Source: Hormiphora californensis (lineage: Eukaryota > Animalia > Ctenophora). From it: 64,000 nucleotides of DNA. The stretch covers positions 2,604,001-2,668,000 of the forward strand of contig CM035357.1 of assembly GCA_020137815.1 (NCBI GenBank), read 5' to 3'. The notes beneath the pieces are model-generated. The model saw only the letters and a list, made by a program, of their open reading frames with translations, was not told where the DNA came from and did no database searches. Below are positions 34,830-47,980 of this stretch, piece by piece (position 1 is the first letter of the stretch; each line of letters starts with the position of its first letter). Position numbers and translations under genes: made by a program.

Positions 34830-37800
34830 ATGATGGACTTTGCAATCTATCACGTGATGTTTATCTGGACCACTGGAGCTATAGTTTCTGGAGGCCTGTG
34901 TCCAATAGCAATCGATAATGGATTTCTAGTAAGATCTTGCGGTTATCAACGATTTGATGAAGTTGCAGGGGAAGCCTTCAAGATGACCTGTCTTAACTCA
35001 ACCGCTACGTATTTCAAATTTATAAGAATTGAAACGTTCACGAGATCCCCTAAGGCCTATGTGTCCTCATTGTGCCCTAAAGATTCCACCGGGTATCAGG
35101 CTTGTAGCGATCTCCCAAAACAACATCAAGACACTGCTGCAACTGCACTCTTCCAAAAGTCCCCGGTGTGCGGGAAGTTGTGTTACAAACGTGTAATGGA
35201 CATGTTCGAGTTTCACACGGCATCACAGACTTGTCCTAGTGCTCAAACCAGTGTAGGGTACAAGATACATACTATCGAGGGTACGACCATAGAGATATGG
35301 ATAAAGGAGGGAGGATTGTGTGACGGTGTTTGTGATGAAGTGGAATTGGTTGGGGGGAGGTCGGCAAAGTTTTTAACGTGTGTTGATGAGAGGTCTTGTA
35401 ACGGACATTATAATTATGGTATTGTTACTAAAGAGGGTAAGGATTATTGGTTCATTCCTTTCAACAGTATATTCCCTCCCTCCTACCAACAACCCCGTAA
35501 TATCACATGTAGAAGGCATCATATAAGTCATGATTTTCCACTTTATAATGCATCACGTTGCTTCCTCCCGATAACAAATCCACCCGTTGAAATGGCTTCT
35601 ATCTTCTGGCCCTTGGATTTATCTTATTGTGATAGCCGTTTAGACCAGACAAACTGTTCGGATCCAGCTAAGGTCGCCGGTTCGTGCCTTATCGGGGGGT
35701 ATCTCTCTACAGTTTCCATTTACATTGTCTGTCTGGAGAATTCAATATTGTGTGATGATGAGATGCATAAAAAGTGCCCAACCATAAGCAGGTATTGTAC
35801 CATTCACAAGCATCAACTGTGCAACGGACAAGCTGACTGTGCTATGGGTGCGGATGAACAGAAGGAGACGTGTTTAAAGCTCACCCTACGATCATGTGTT
35901 CGCAGTTTTAGCCAAAATCAGGGTCTTCTTAAGATTCCAGTGGACTGGGTCCAGGATGGAGAGGTAGATTGTCTTGACGGGGAAGATGAAAAGAATAACT
36001 GGAAAACTTGCGGCAAAGGCATCAGGAGGACAATCAAGTATTCGAAAAATAAATGTAGTAATGTCTTCCTTTGCAAACATACTGAGTCAAAATTTTTAGA
36101 GGCCGCCTTTTTATGCTCCTTTGCCTCAAACTGTGACGAAGGAGTCTGTCTCATGGCTAAAAGTAGACCGCAAATAACCAGAAAATTGCTTGAAATGAGA
36201 ACGGGAGTAGGAAAAACCCTCAGGAGTGCAGTTTGTGTGAAAGGCCTTGAAAATCTTCTTTTGCTAGCGGACCAAAGTTGTCAATCGTTGACTTTCGACC
36301 ATCCATTTCATCAGTTCTTTGGGAAAAATTTTACAACAGACTTAGTTCTTCCGACAAATAAGCTTGATTGTAGGTACTTGTTCGGGGAAGCGTATGTGTT
36401 TTACAGCTGTTCAGGACTTTGCCACAACACACAGTGTCCCTTGAAAAGGCCCGTCCTTCATAACACTTGTAGCAACCTCAGAAACACCTTTTATTCTCTC
36501 AACTTACAGCTTGGCTCAGTTACCACTGTACAAACATCTCGCGAACGGTTCCATAATGACTGGTTTGTTTGTAATAATACAAAATGCATCCAGTTCGAGA
36601 AAGTGTGTGATCTTGTTGATGACTGTTTGGATAGATCCGATGAAGAGGAATGTGTGAACAACTTTCAATGCGCCGATAAATCTGGTTTCCTCGCTTTGAG
36701 CCAGAAGTGTGATGGGACGATTGACTGCAAGGACCTATCTGATGAATGCAATGAGAGTTGTAGAAGAAAAGCCGTAAAAAGTAATTATATTTTAGGAATT
36801 GCATTTGTCATGGGAGGTGCAGGGTTTGCCCTAGCAACTGGAAGCCTAATCAAAGGTTTCAAAAAAATAAATAAAGTAGAAAAGAGTGGTCAACTCATCA
36901 ATCAATCCATGGTCTTAATGATTTCGTTTGGAGATCTACTAACATCTATCTATCTCCTTACCCTCACTATAATCCACCGAATCCATGGTTCCGGGTTCTG
37001 TGAGTATCAAATTGAATGGATTAGTGGAGTGGCTTGTACCATTATTGGGGTTTTGAATAGCACTGGATCATCCATTTCTTCCATTGTAATGGCCTTAGTC
37101 AGCTGCTTCCGACTCCATGGTACAGTGAAGGCCCTTCGATACCGCCGTTCAAGTAACGTTACGCTGATGCTGAAGATAAAATTAGGCGAACTACTCGGAG
37201 GCGTCACATTATTATCTTTAGCAATGGCTACCCTCCCGCTGGTAGATGCTTTTGATGATTGGTTTGTCAACGGACTTGTATTTGATAAGGGTATCAAACT
37301 TTTTCTTGGAGTGATGGAAAAAAGTCAACTGCTGAGTATTTTCCGGGAGTACCATGGTAGTCATGAAATCACGAAGTCTGGCAATACTGTATCTTGGAAC
37401 ACATTCCAGGAAATGATCTCTGAGATGTTTTCCCAGGATTATGATCCGGTAAGAGGCAAAAAGCTGTCCTTCTACGGCAACGACCCAGTATGCATGTTCA
37501 AGGCATTTGTCCTTCCAGATGATCCCCAGGTGGTCTACGTTTGGTTTTACCTCATCGTCTATTTTCTTTGCTTTGTATGTGTAGCGGTATGTCATATGGG
37601 CGATTGCAATTCTCTCCAAAAGATCTCAAGTCCAAAGAAACACGACGTCTAACACCCTCAGTCGCAAGGTCTCTTTGATCTGCCTTACTGATTTCTGCTG
37701 CTGGATGCCCTTTCTAATCTGCTGCGTCCTCCACACAGCTGAGGTTGTGGATATGTCACCGTGGTACCAGATCTTCTCGCTCAATATTCTCCCCCTAAAT

Positions 37801-38682
37801 TCGGTTCTGAATCCTGTTTTGTACAGTGACATATTAACAACGGTTCGAAGTACTTTTCAAAACTACCAGATTTTCAGATTTGCTACTAAAGCCGCTCCTG
37901 GAGCTGCTCCTGGAGCTGCTCCTGAAGCCTCTCCTAAAGCCTCTCGAGAAGCCGATGCTGAAGCCGCCCCTGAAGCTACTCCTGAAACCGCTCTTGAAAC
38001 TACTCTTGAAGCCGCTCCTGAAGCTGCCCCTGAAGCAATTCCTGAAGCTTTTCCTGAAACCGGTCCTGAAGCCTCTCCTAAAGCCTCTCGACAAGCCGAT
38101 GCTGAAGCCGCCCCTGAAGCTACTCCTGAAACCGCTCTTGAAACTACTCTTGAAGCCGCTCCTGAAGCTGCCCCTGAAGCAATTCCTGAAGCTTTTCCTG
38201 AAACCGGTCCTGAAGCCTCTCCTAAAGCCTCTCGAGAAGCCGATGCTGAAGCCGCCCCTGAAGCTACTCCTGAAACTGCTCTTGAAACTACTCTTGAAGC
38301 TGCTCCTAAAGCCGCTCCTAAAGCTACTTCTAAAGCCGCTCCTGAAGCTACTTCTGAAGCCGCTTCTGAAATTTCTTCTGATCCGGAAGCTACTCCTGAA
38401 ACCGCTCTTGAAACTACTCTTGAAGCCGCTCCTGAAGCTGCCCCTGAAGCAATTCCTGAAGCTTTTCCTGAAACCGGTCCTGAAGCCTCTCCTAAAGCCT
38501 CTCGAGAAGCCGATGCTGAAGCCGCCCCTGAAGCTACTCCTGAAACTGCTCTTGAAACTACTCTTGAAGCTGCTCCTAAAGCCGCTCCTAAAGCTACTTC
38601 TAAAGCCGCTCCTGAAGCTACTTCTGAAGCCGCTTCTGAAATTTCTTCTGAATCTGATCCGGAAGCTACTCCTGATTTGTGA
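34830..38682 (+). CDS. LDLa-repeat class A GPCR (GRL101/LGR-like 7TM) with one frameshift near 37599
   Basis: Signal peptide; LDLa motifs (CDLVDDCLDRSDE, CDGTIDCKDLSDE); TM motifs SFGDLLTSIYL, TDFCCWMPF, LPLNSVLNPVLYS; removing one G in catatgggcg fuses the two ORFs. Confidence 0.85.
37890..38675 (+). repeat. Coding minisatellite (A/P/E/T-rich tail; 12-bp subunits within ~138-bp blocks)
   Basis: Repeats of PEASPKASREADAEAAPEATPETALETTLEAAPEAAPEAIPEAFPETG. Confidence 0.9.
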
Positions 38683-38883
38683 AGCTGCCCCTGAATCGGA
38701 TAGGACGAATCATCTCAAAGATGATTTCCCAATCAGAGATCCCAAAGATCTTCAGAATCTGATTCATACTTTTACTGAGATTCTGTGATTATATCTGAAC
38801 TATTGCCACATATATCAACCTCATTAGTGATTACTTTTCCCCGGATCAACGCACGTTCTGTAGATGGTTTACTGAATGAAGAG

Positions 38884-38979
38884 TTGGTAACGAAATTACC
38901 CCTACCTTGCAGGCACGCTAAAACGCGATGCCTTACTACCGCGATTAGATGCCTCTACGAGGGGTAATTTCGTTACCAA
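38884..38979. mobile_element. Small MITE
   Basis: TIR ttggtaacgaaattacccct / aggggtaatttcgttaccaa; related copy at about 43866-43942. Confidence 0.75.
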
Positions 38980-39956
38980 AATTTAGAGCTGAATTCTTAA
39001 AATCATTTGTTTCTCCAACTCGTTGTTTGGTTCTTTTTTCAATACAATTGTTATTGTACCGTGTGGCGTGCCATGCTCAACTATCGGCTGTACGACCTAG
39101 AGGGGACCTTAGGAAACTACGGAGCACCGGTGGGAAAATGATATTCGGAGGGCCTAAGACGTAAAATTGATAAAAAAAGATAGCACCCTGTATTGTGGAG
39201 CGTTAAAAAGTGAAACTTTGAACTAATATTTTAGACCTCAAGTTAGATCAAAATTCATAGCAAATTTAGCCAAAAAGATCGGTAGACAATTATCTCTGGC
39301 TATCGATTAGCAATGCGCTCTCCCTAATTCATGGAATTCTTGTTAGAACCTAGAAATCATTAGGGGCAAGCTAATTCCCGCACAATCCGACAGTAAATAG
39401 GCCCCCGAACCACCAAAAAAAAGTCCCAAGCCCAACTCCTGGGGGAAGCGCCCCCAATTGGCCCCAATTGACCACAGTGCACCCGCAACCATCAATCAAA
39501 TCGCAAACCGTCCTAGGAAAGGAGTAGATGGAAAACCGAGGGCACCAAAGTGTTCAGCGTCCTCGCATTAGTGGGGGTAGGTGCTGGAATTAAGTCTCTA
39601 TCTTATCTGGTTAATTAGATAATTGGATAATTAGGGTTTTGTTTTTTTGGATCATCCCCGTGCTAACATTTGTCACTCCCTGTTACACACCATGTATCCT
39701 GGCCATGTATGTGCCACGGTTTGACAGATGTTATTTTCACAGCCACCTGTTTGACCCCGGTAGTGAGGGCCGGAATACTGCCTTTAGGTACCCAATGACC
39801 AATCACTGGTACTCTGCCTAATCATGCTGACCATTACCTGTCTGGCGGTGCCGATCCGCTTTGGGCGTCAAAGCCGGGCCTGGCTCCGCCCTAAGGGTAG
39901 TTACAGTATAAAATCAACCAGGCTTGTGGGCATAGCGTTTGACGGTACAACCTTAA

Positions 39957-40718
39957 AGGTTGACAAGATACCTAAAACTTTTCGTATATCGTCTAATTTT
40001 GATTTATCATTAATTTTCAGCATTTTTTCAGAATTTTTTGTCGGCTAGAAATATCTCTATTATAATTTGGAGATGAACGACGTCGAAGTGGTCGTTCGTT
40101 AGGCGGTATCTAAGCGACTGCTCCTTCATAAAACACTTTATAGGCACAAAGCTGTAAAGCTGTTATTCACACTTTTGGAACTTCCAGTGGAAGTTTGTTA
40201 ATATTTTCGAATGACTTTTAACAGGCCAGTCCCCATAGTTACCAATTCAGTTGTCATGGCAACGGTTTTATTGACGTTGAAAGTGAAAGAACCACCCGGC
40301 GAAGCCGGGTGGGTTATCAAAAACCCTTCCTTGAGGCGCACCCAGTGGGTGCGCTAGTTATTAATATGTGCAAAATAGGGGGTCTACTGATAAACGAGAG
40401 GCGCAATTTAAAAATTGATACCGTAATATCTCCGGTTCCTGATGAGATACAAAAACCGTTTTGGTAGCGTTGGAAAGGTATTATTGAGACCAATCCAAGG
40501 CAACCAAGATCAAGTAGCTATCTTTTGAGGAACCGAAAACGTGAATTTCAATTTGCGAGACGCAGTGAGTGTGCCCAGTAAAACCAGTGCTGACAATATC
40601 GGTAGACCCCCTATTTCGATTTTTTTCTAGCCGACAAAAAATTCTGAAAAAATGCTGAAAATTAATGATAAATCAAAACAAGACGATATACGAAAAGTTT
40701 TAGGTATCTTGTCAACCT
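39957..40718. mobile_element. TTAA-flanked, Kolobok-like non-autonomous element containing nested repeats
   Basis: TTAA|aggttgacaagatacc ... ggtatcttgtcaacct(t)TTAA; TIR about 95 bp. Confidence 0.75.
40291..40358 (+). mobile_element. Helitron-like 3' end
   Basis: Hairpins cacccggcgaagccgggtg and gcgcacccagtgggtgcgc, ending CTAG|T. Confidence 0.55.
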
Positions 40719-40898
40719 TTTAATGCACTTTGCAGCACAGATGAGTATAGTTTGGGGATGAGGCTGGCAAGGACAATGTTCGTGATGCTGCTTTATCGGT
40801 CATGAGTGTCAAGGAGTGAGCGCCGTATGCTGTTCATGATTGTGTTTTGTGTTCATGCATCGTGGTATTAGGCTCAGGGGATAGGGAAATAAAAACAC

Positions 40899-40935
<37 letters not shown>

Positions 40936-42997
40936 GAGCTGGCTCCTATAAACGTACTTTACGTACTGTTGATAGCGAGAGAGAGAGAGTGAGAGAGAAA
41001 AATAAAGGAAGGGTTAACAGAGCCGACCAATGAAAACTGGAGACCTACAGCGGACAACCTTACCATCCCCCACCCAACCTAACAGATTACAGAACACCCC
41101 AACCCCAAGGAGTAGCCTAATTAGGCAGAAGTAGCCCCAAAGCCCTCCATTCTCCAACCGAACTAGTGAGGCCAGGGAAGGAATCATTGGTCGACTCTAT
41201 ACGCAAGGAAGGCAAGACTTGGTTAGCAAGCAGATGTAATGTATGAAGGTGCGTGCTGGATAACTAAGTATGTACTTATGAGGTGCCTGCATGGTATGAT
41301 AACTTTTTATGGATGGACAATACTACAGGATATCGCCTCCCATAATATGGCCCACCCGAGAAAGATAATAACTCCAATTAACCCCATCCCACACACCAGA
41401 TACCCCCCCCCCCCGTTATGATCGTGAGATAGGCGTGAGAAGAGAGAGACAGACAGCGAGAGAGACAGAGAGACATCAGACAGACGAGGGAACCCCGCTC
41501 CAGGAAGGTGACGAAATATAAGCCGGGTCCAGAGTGAAGAACCCAATTAGACCTCCAGTAATTAGTTTAGTGCCAACAGCGATGATTATCTCCACATTCC
41601 AGGAAGACCTCCTTTACGGGATGACATCCAAAACCCCCTTGGAGAATGGAGAAAAGGGTGATGAAAAGGGATCGGCAGGAGAGATAAAGATGAGAGAGAC
41701 CGGCGATAGAGAAGGAGACCAACGAACTAGAAGATATGAAATAGCCGACAACCATGAGATCCAGTGTGTCGAAACTGCTACTGGTCGCAACTAGACAGAG
41801 AACACCTGATCCGAAGAAGAACCGTAACTGGAAAAGACAAGACGAAAAAAACCGGGAGCCGAGAGAGGAAAAAAAGGCAGCGGAAAAGAAGCTATCGCCA
41901 CTGGCCCCAAGAAGGCAACTAGAAACAGAAATAGTGCCCACTGTGCGTGAACTGCACAGGAGATGGGCATTGGGAACGAGGAAGCACCTGGAAAATGGGT
42001 GGTTGATTGTGATAAATACAACAGATCTATATTGTGATCCTGCAACATGTTTGGGTTAGGTGGAGAATGAGAGATCTTTACCTCTTTCTCGCACGGGAGA
42101 GATGCCCTGTGAATGAAACCCGTATTCGGATCGGTGTTAGTGAGTAAGGTGGGACTAACCCAGATCCCCCCACACCAAGAGCCCCCTAGCCCAACCCCTG
42201 TCTCTTAGCCAAGCCGCCTAACTGCTAACTTACTGGCCCACACGAGGCCCCACGGAAACAACTGTGGGAACCCCACACGGCACACTTAGCCTACACTAGC
42301 CCAATACAACCGGAGGGTACGCAGACCTGACTAGAAACGGGAAACAAGAAAGGGAGGGACTAAGAAGAGGCCAGAGGAGCAGAACCAACGTGCACAGCTA
42401 GGACCAAGTGCCTTAATACAAGAACTGAACATACTAACTAAAAAAAAATTCCAAATAAATACGTGCGGGAGCACGAACACAGAGACAGGCGACACAACCT
42501 AATGCCAAATACTCCCCTACCCCGGCACGTCAAACACGGTCAACAATGAGAACATGCAACTATGAACTATGAAATTGACAACAACAATTACTGATACATA
42601 CATAACAATGCAATGAATAAATGATTAACAGAATGAACGATCTTATCTGATAGAAGATTGTAGGTAAGCGTTGTAGTTGGCTGGTCCTTTGTTGTTGTTG
42701 CTGGTAGTAGTTTAAGCTAGCTGGACTTGGTTCACCGTGGTAGACAAAGTGGTGAAATTCGAGAAGGCCGGGAGAGGGGGAGAGATCACCCGCACAAGAG
42801 AGAGCAAAACACGAAGTGATGATTAGGGTTGCGCATAGCCGTTTTTTGGCTATATGGCTATAGCCACTTAGGAAAAGAGTAGAGACATATTTTACTTTGT
42901 TCCCCATAATTTAACATCATTAGTTTGTTTATTTGTAGTTAGTTTTCTCTCCTATTTCAGTTCGGCGGGTAGAAAGGTTCGGCAGGAGGAGGATTTT

Positions 42998-43415
42998 ATG
43001 GCGGCTGATGTCAGGATGGAGTACGAGTTGTATGCAATGATGGATGAACTGTCAGCTGGTAAACACTCACCCCACCCTAACCACCATGGATGTCTGATAC
43101 AGTTGGGCTGACCCCCCCCCCTCCCGACTCACGACATAAATCAAGGTCCGACTGTGTTTGTCAGAGATACTATATCACTCTCATTATCCTGCAGGCCCCC
43201 CACCGGGTGCACCAGCGGATATTGACCCCATCCTCTCCTCCCTGGACTACCTAACAGAGGAACTACTGACATTCCAACAGCAGGCGGATCTCCCTGTGGA
43301 GCTGGGGAAGGAGAAACTCCAGGCGCTGTTAGATCAAATGATATCAATTCAGAAACTATCGGTTAAGGGGGACAAGGTGGAAGATGAACAAAAGGGGGAT
43401 GAGAAAGTTACGTGA
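42998..43415 (+). CDS. Small acidic helical protein (~93 aa, two exons), unknown function
   Basis: Exons 42998-43058 and 43195-43415 splice in frame: MAADVRMEYELYAMMDELSA|GPPPG...DEKVT*. Confidence 0.55.
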
Positions 43416-43568
43416 TGTTACGTGGATAATTATTTTAATGTATTTATCTGTTTTCAAATTTTTACTAAATCAACCTGGTGTCTGAAACTAAACTGGGTCC
43501 AAATAGTTTCTTCTTGCGTGTCCAGTAAATACTATGCTCCCTCAAATTCACATTCCTTAATGTGTCAC

Positions 43569-43682
<114 letters not shown>

Positions 43683-43710
43683 CCTCTCAATCTATTCAAA
43701 TTCCCAAAGT

Positions 43711-45713
43711 ATGTCTCTTGATGAGCTACCCAAATCGAATTGGAAACTAAATGACTTTGAGGTTGGGAAACCGCTTGGAAAGGGAAAGTTTGGGCGAGTC
43801 TACCTGGCTAGGGAGAAACGGACCAAGTTTATTGTCGCACTCAAGGTGAGATGAACTGCAGTTAGAGTTGGTAAATACCCCTGCCTTGCGGGAACGCTAA
43901 AATGTGCATTACTACCGCGTTACGAGGGGTAAATTAGTTACCTACGGTCAGAGTGGGATCGAGCGAGGTATCTATCAGAGAATATACTTATCAAGGGGGG
44001 GGGGGTGGCGTGAGATTAAAGTAATTAAACATTCAAATAGCTGTCTGGAGTGGTGCGAATCACTAAAATAGCTGCCATTGTTTCACTGGATTTGTACGTA
44101 AGTCATAATTGTACTTTGTTGCACCCCAGGTGCTATTCAAATCGGAGCTGAAGAAGAACCGGGTGGAGCACCAACTGCGGAGAGAAATTGAAATACAAAG
44201 TCATCTTGATCACGTTAACATCCTCAAACTATACGGCTGGTAAGTTCACTGTTAAATAGTACGTCGGTACATTACCAGCATATTAGACCCCAGTTTATTA
44301 TTATAATTCTTAGGGGAGGGGACGGTATATGGTGGTGAAATATTGTTCCTATATCGGGGATATGTGTACGTCCAATAAATTTAGGATTTGCTTGCACAGT
44401 ACTAATCTTGTACTTTTGGTTTGTGCGATTTAATGGTCTAATTGTCTGATGACTGATCTAATTCCCTTTTATGGCGCTCTAATAGGTCCCTAGAATCTAC
44501 TGATCTAATTGTCCAATCTACACCAGGTTCACTGACCTGGACAAAGTGTATCTAATCCTGGAGTTCGCGCCCCGGGGAGAGCTTTATAACATTCTTCAAA
44601 AACAGAAGCGATTTGATGAGAAAACGGCGGCTAATTACATTCTGCAGCTGTCAAAGGCCCTTCAGCACTGTCACCAAAATAATGTAGGTGTTTCAGGTTG
44701 ATATACAATCTATACTGTGTACAACAATGTACTTCATTCATTAGTACATTTGTACATTTGTACATTTGCACTCCCTCTTTCTCAAAGTACACCGAGGGGA
44801 CAGGCCGATCACAGAACCCAAAAAGGACCAAAACGAATCCGTTCACTAATTTAGGGGGAAACAGTTGAAAAATAGACTTAACAATGTCTTCCATGTTGTG
44901 TGTTCCATCTTATGACGTGTTCCAGGTGATTCATCGTGACATAAAACCAGAGAACTTGTTGGTTGGAGGGCAGCCTGGTTCAACTGAGTATGATGTTCTG
45001 AAAATAGCCGATTTCGGATGGTCCGTTCACGCTCCCTCTAACAGACGTTAGTGTTTAACCGTGATCCTGTGATTTATCTCACCCTTTTGCTCGTCATATT
45101 TCTCCCCCCATATTTCCCAGTTCGCACCTCGTCCCCTCTTTTTAGTTTTTATAAATCATTTCAGGAAAGACAATGTGTGGTACGCTAGATTACCTCCCTC
45201 CTGAGATGATTGTTGGGCAGCCTCACGATGATAAGGTTGATATTTGGTGTCTTGGTATCCTGTGTTACGAATTCCTGGTAAGGACATGTCACATGATATA
45301 TGCAATTAACATAAAACCACGATGTTTCATCGGTTTATAGAAATATATGTTTGTTTTAAAGCCATTTTTAAAACTCCCAAAGCGATGATAATATGGACTT
45401 TCCTTTGCTATCATTCACAACTATACCAGGATATTATCTACCCATATATCCCGCCCAGGTAGGAGACCCGCCCTTTATGACAGATGAACATGAAGAGACC
45501 TACAACCGAATTGTTAACACTGCAGTTGAATTCCCTGATTATGTCTCTAAGTTAGCCCGACATTTCATTTCATCCATCCTCCGCAAGCGTCCAGAAAAGC
45601 GGCTTGCTCTAAAAGAGATCGCCAAACACCCGTGGATAGTTGCCCATGCTCGGTCAGACGCAGAGAATGTGGCACCGCCCGCAAATCAACAAGAAATTGC
45701 TAGCGATGTCTGA
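43711..45713 (+). CDS. AURK: Aurora kinase
   Basis: Exons 43711-43845, 44130-44239, 44527-44683, 44926-45046, 45165-45277, 45459-45713. Motifs [69 protein letters not shown]. Confidence 0.97.
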
Positions 45714-46235
45714 AGAGTTTAAAAGTAGGAGACTGGTATGAAATATGGATAGAATGAAGGCTGAAGCTTGGAAGAACGCTCTTTGTTTTCCAATTTTTGC
45801 CCTTAACCTCAATTTTCTCATTTTAGCATTATTTCCTTTTTGTTCTATCATTATCAGTATATTTATATTTATATTTCAATCTATTATTTTACCGCCCAAG
45901 GTTGTTCTATTGTCCCACTAGGGGGCACACTTATTATTAGTTCTAGTTGTAACGCGCGATAGCATGACCCTATCCCATCAACATTTGAAATATTTCGCGC
46001 GCTCTGTCTGAGTGTGAGCCGCGCAAACCCCACAATCACATGGGACCATCTGAACTGTTTTGAGTTTGTGGGTTTAGCTTGATCTATTAACAGAGTGAAG
46101 CCCCCAGATATTACTTATTAAGATTTAAGACGAACACTCCCCGTGTATGACGACATTTGTAAAGTAGAAACATTAAAAAACGTCTCCAAATTCTCTGATC
46201 TCCTACTAACCTAATCCCTCTCTCCAAAATGTAGC

Positions 46236-47944
46236 ATGGTTAAGAATGAGTGTTGTGACTGTGAGGATAGCACGAAACAGAAAGTTACCCAGCTGGAGGC
46301 AAAGGTAACAATACTTGATATCTAAATTTAATGTTTTTAACTCATTTGAGCGGCATGTGACAGATGGAATTGATATTTAAGGTGGTAGTTCTCGTGAGAT
46401 AAGTTTTCCTGTTTAATTTCGAAATTCGTCACATCCAGGATGAGAAATACTACCTCAAATACTATACACCTCAAGGCAAATCCTTTCAACAAATCATCTT
46501 TCAGGTAGAGCAACAAGGTCGGGTTATAGCGGACCTGCAATCACAACTCCGGGCTCTGTGCCATCTATTTAGCAGTGCTGCTGATATTCTTACGACATCA
46601 AATCAGGTTAGATCATTTCCATCCGCAAGGTCGAGCAAGGCAAGTCTTGTCATTGTTCTAGTAGTTATTCGCCGTAAATTTGTTTGCAGTTAATTCGCTT
46701 AGACCTTCTTTTTATTCGTTGAAACAAATGTAAAGATAGGTTTGATACAAATTCTCCCTTGCAGGAGGAAGAAGACACACGAAATCGGCACTACATAGCA
46801 GATGTTGCAGTAGACAACACGAATCCAGTAGTGTTACAGCCTGCAGTCAGTGAAGAGATGACAGAGGTTCCTGCTGCTTCCGTTGTAGGTGAGTCACTTA
46901 GTCACCTACACAGTACTTACCTCTCACTTACTAGTTAGTGTACATACCTATCACATACTACTTAGTGTACTTACCACCCACTTGCTTTTGAGTGTACTAA
47001 CCTACACTTGGCATGAACCTATTCTCGAGAACCGCGGTCAGAGCAGTGGCCTGACAAAATTACTGTACTTACATCTACACTTATTGTACGGCGAGAATTC
47101 CTTTGTTATGTACATTAAATTCCCCGACAATTATGATTGAAATCCTAACACCCTATTTTTCAGTGCCCGAACCAGCAAATAACAACGTCTCGACGCCATC
47201 GACAGCACCTGTCACCAACGGTTTAAACGGGACACCAAAGAACCACCAAAAACAACCGAAACTAACTCCTCCCCCTCCTCCTACACAATCTACCAGTCCG
47301 GAGCCTCCTAAATCTCAAGTTGCTACACCCCCTAAATCCCCTGCAAAGAAGGAGACTGCAGCTGCTGCTCCTGCGGTTCAGTACAACTACAAGAACCTAC
47401 TCCAGGAGCACTGCGTCAGAAAGGGATGGCACCACCCCTCGTATCATACCAGCAAGATCGATAAGGGGTTTTCTAGTGTGGTAAGTGTGAACAAGCTGGA
47501 TTTTCAAGTGTGGTCCACCGGGGGATTCAAGATAAATTGTTCCGAGGTATATGTCTAAAGATTCCTTAAGTGGTCACCCCCCCCCCCACCCCGGGTCCAT
47601 CATTCCATCAACCTATCTCTCTTAGCCAAGGAGGCCCAGATAAATCAGTTTTTCATCTTAGATACCCCCTTAGACTCCCCTAGATATTTCCCAGCACCAA
47701 CATAACTCGTGTTTTTCTTGTTTATTGCTTTATTCCTTAGATAACGGTCAATGAGGAGCAGTATAGCAGCAAGACAATGAAATCAAAAGTCCTTGCGGAG
47801 AAGAATGCAGCTTGTATTGCACTTCAGACTCTCAATGTTATCGACACACAGGTATGGTAATTTGAGGTTAAAGAGAATCATTCTTACTAATTTATACTTG
47901 CCATTTGAAACTTTACTGAGTTTAGTTGATTCGCCTTCTTTATA

Positions 47945-47980
<36 letters not shown>

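Noticed and set aside
37880-38788. 302-aa L/K/P-repeat ORF
   Set aside because: Alternative frame of the GPCR tail minisatellite; no independent start context
41000-42560. Purine-rich region with short ORFs, possibly a retroelement relic
   Set aside because: No RT, gag or integrase motifs and no termini identifiable
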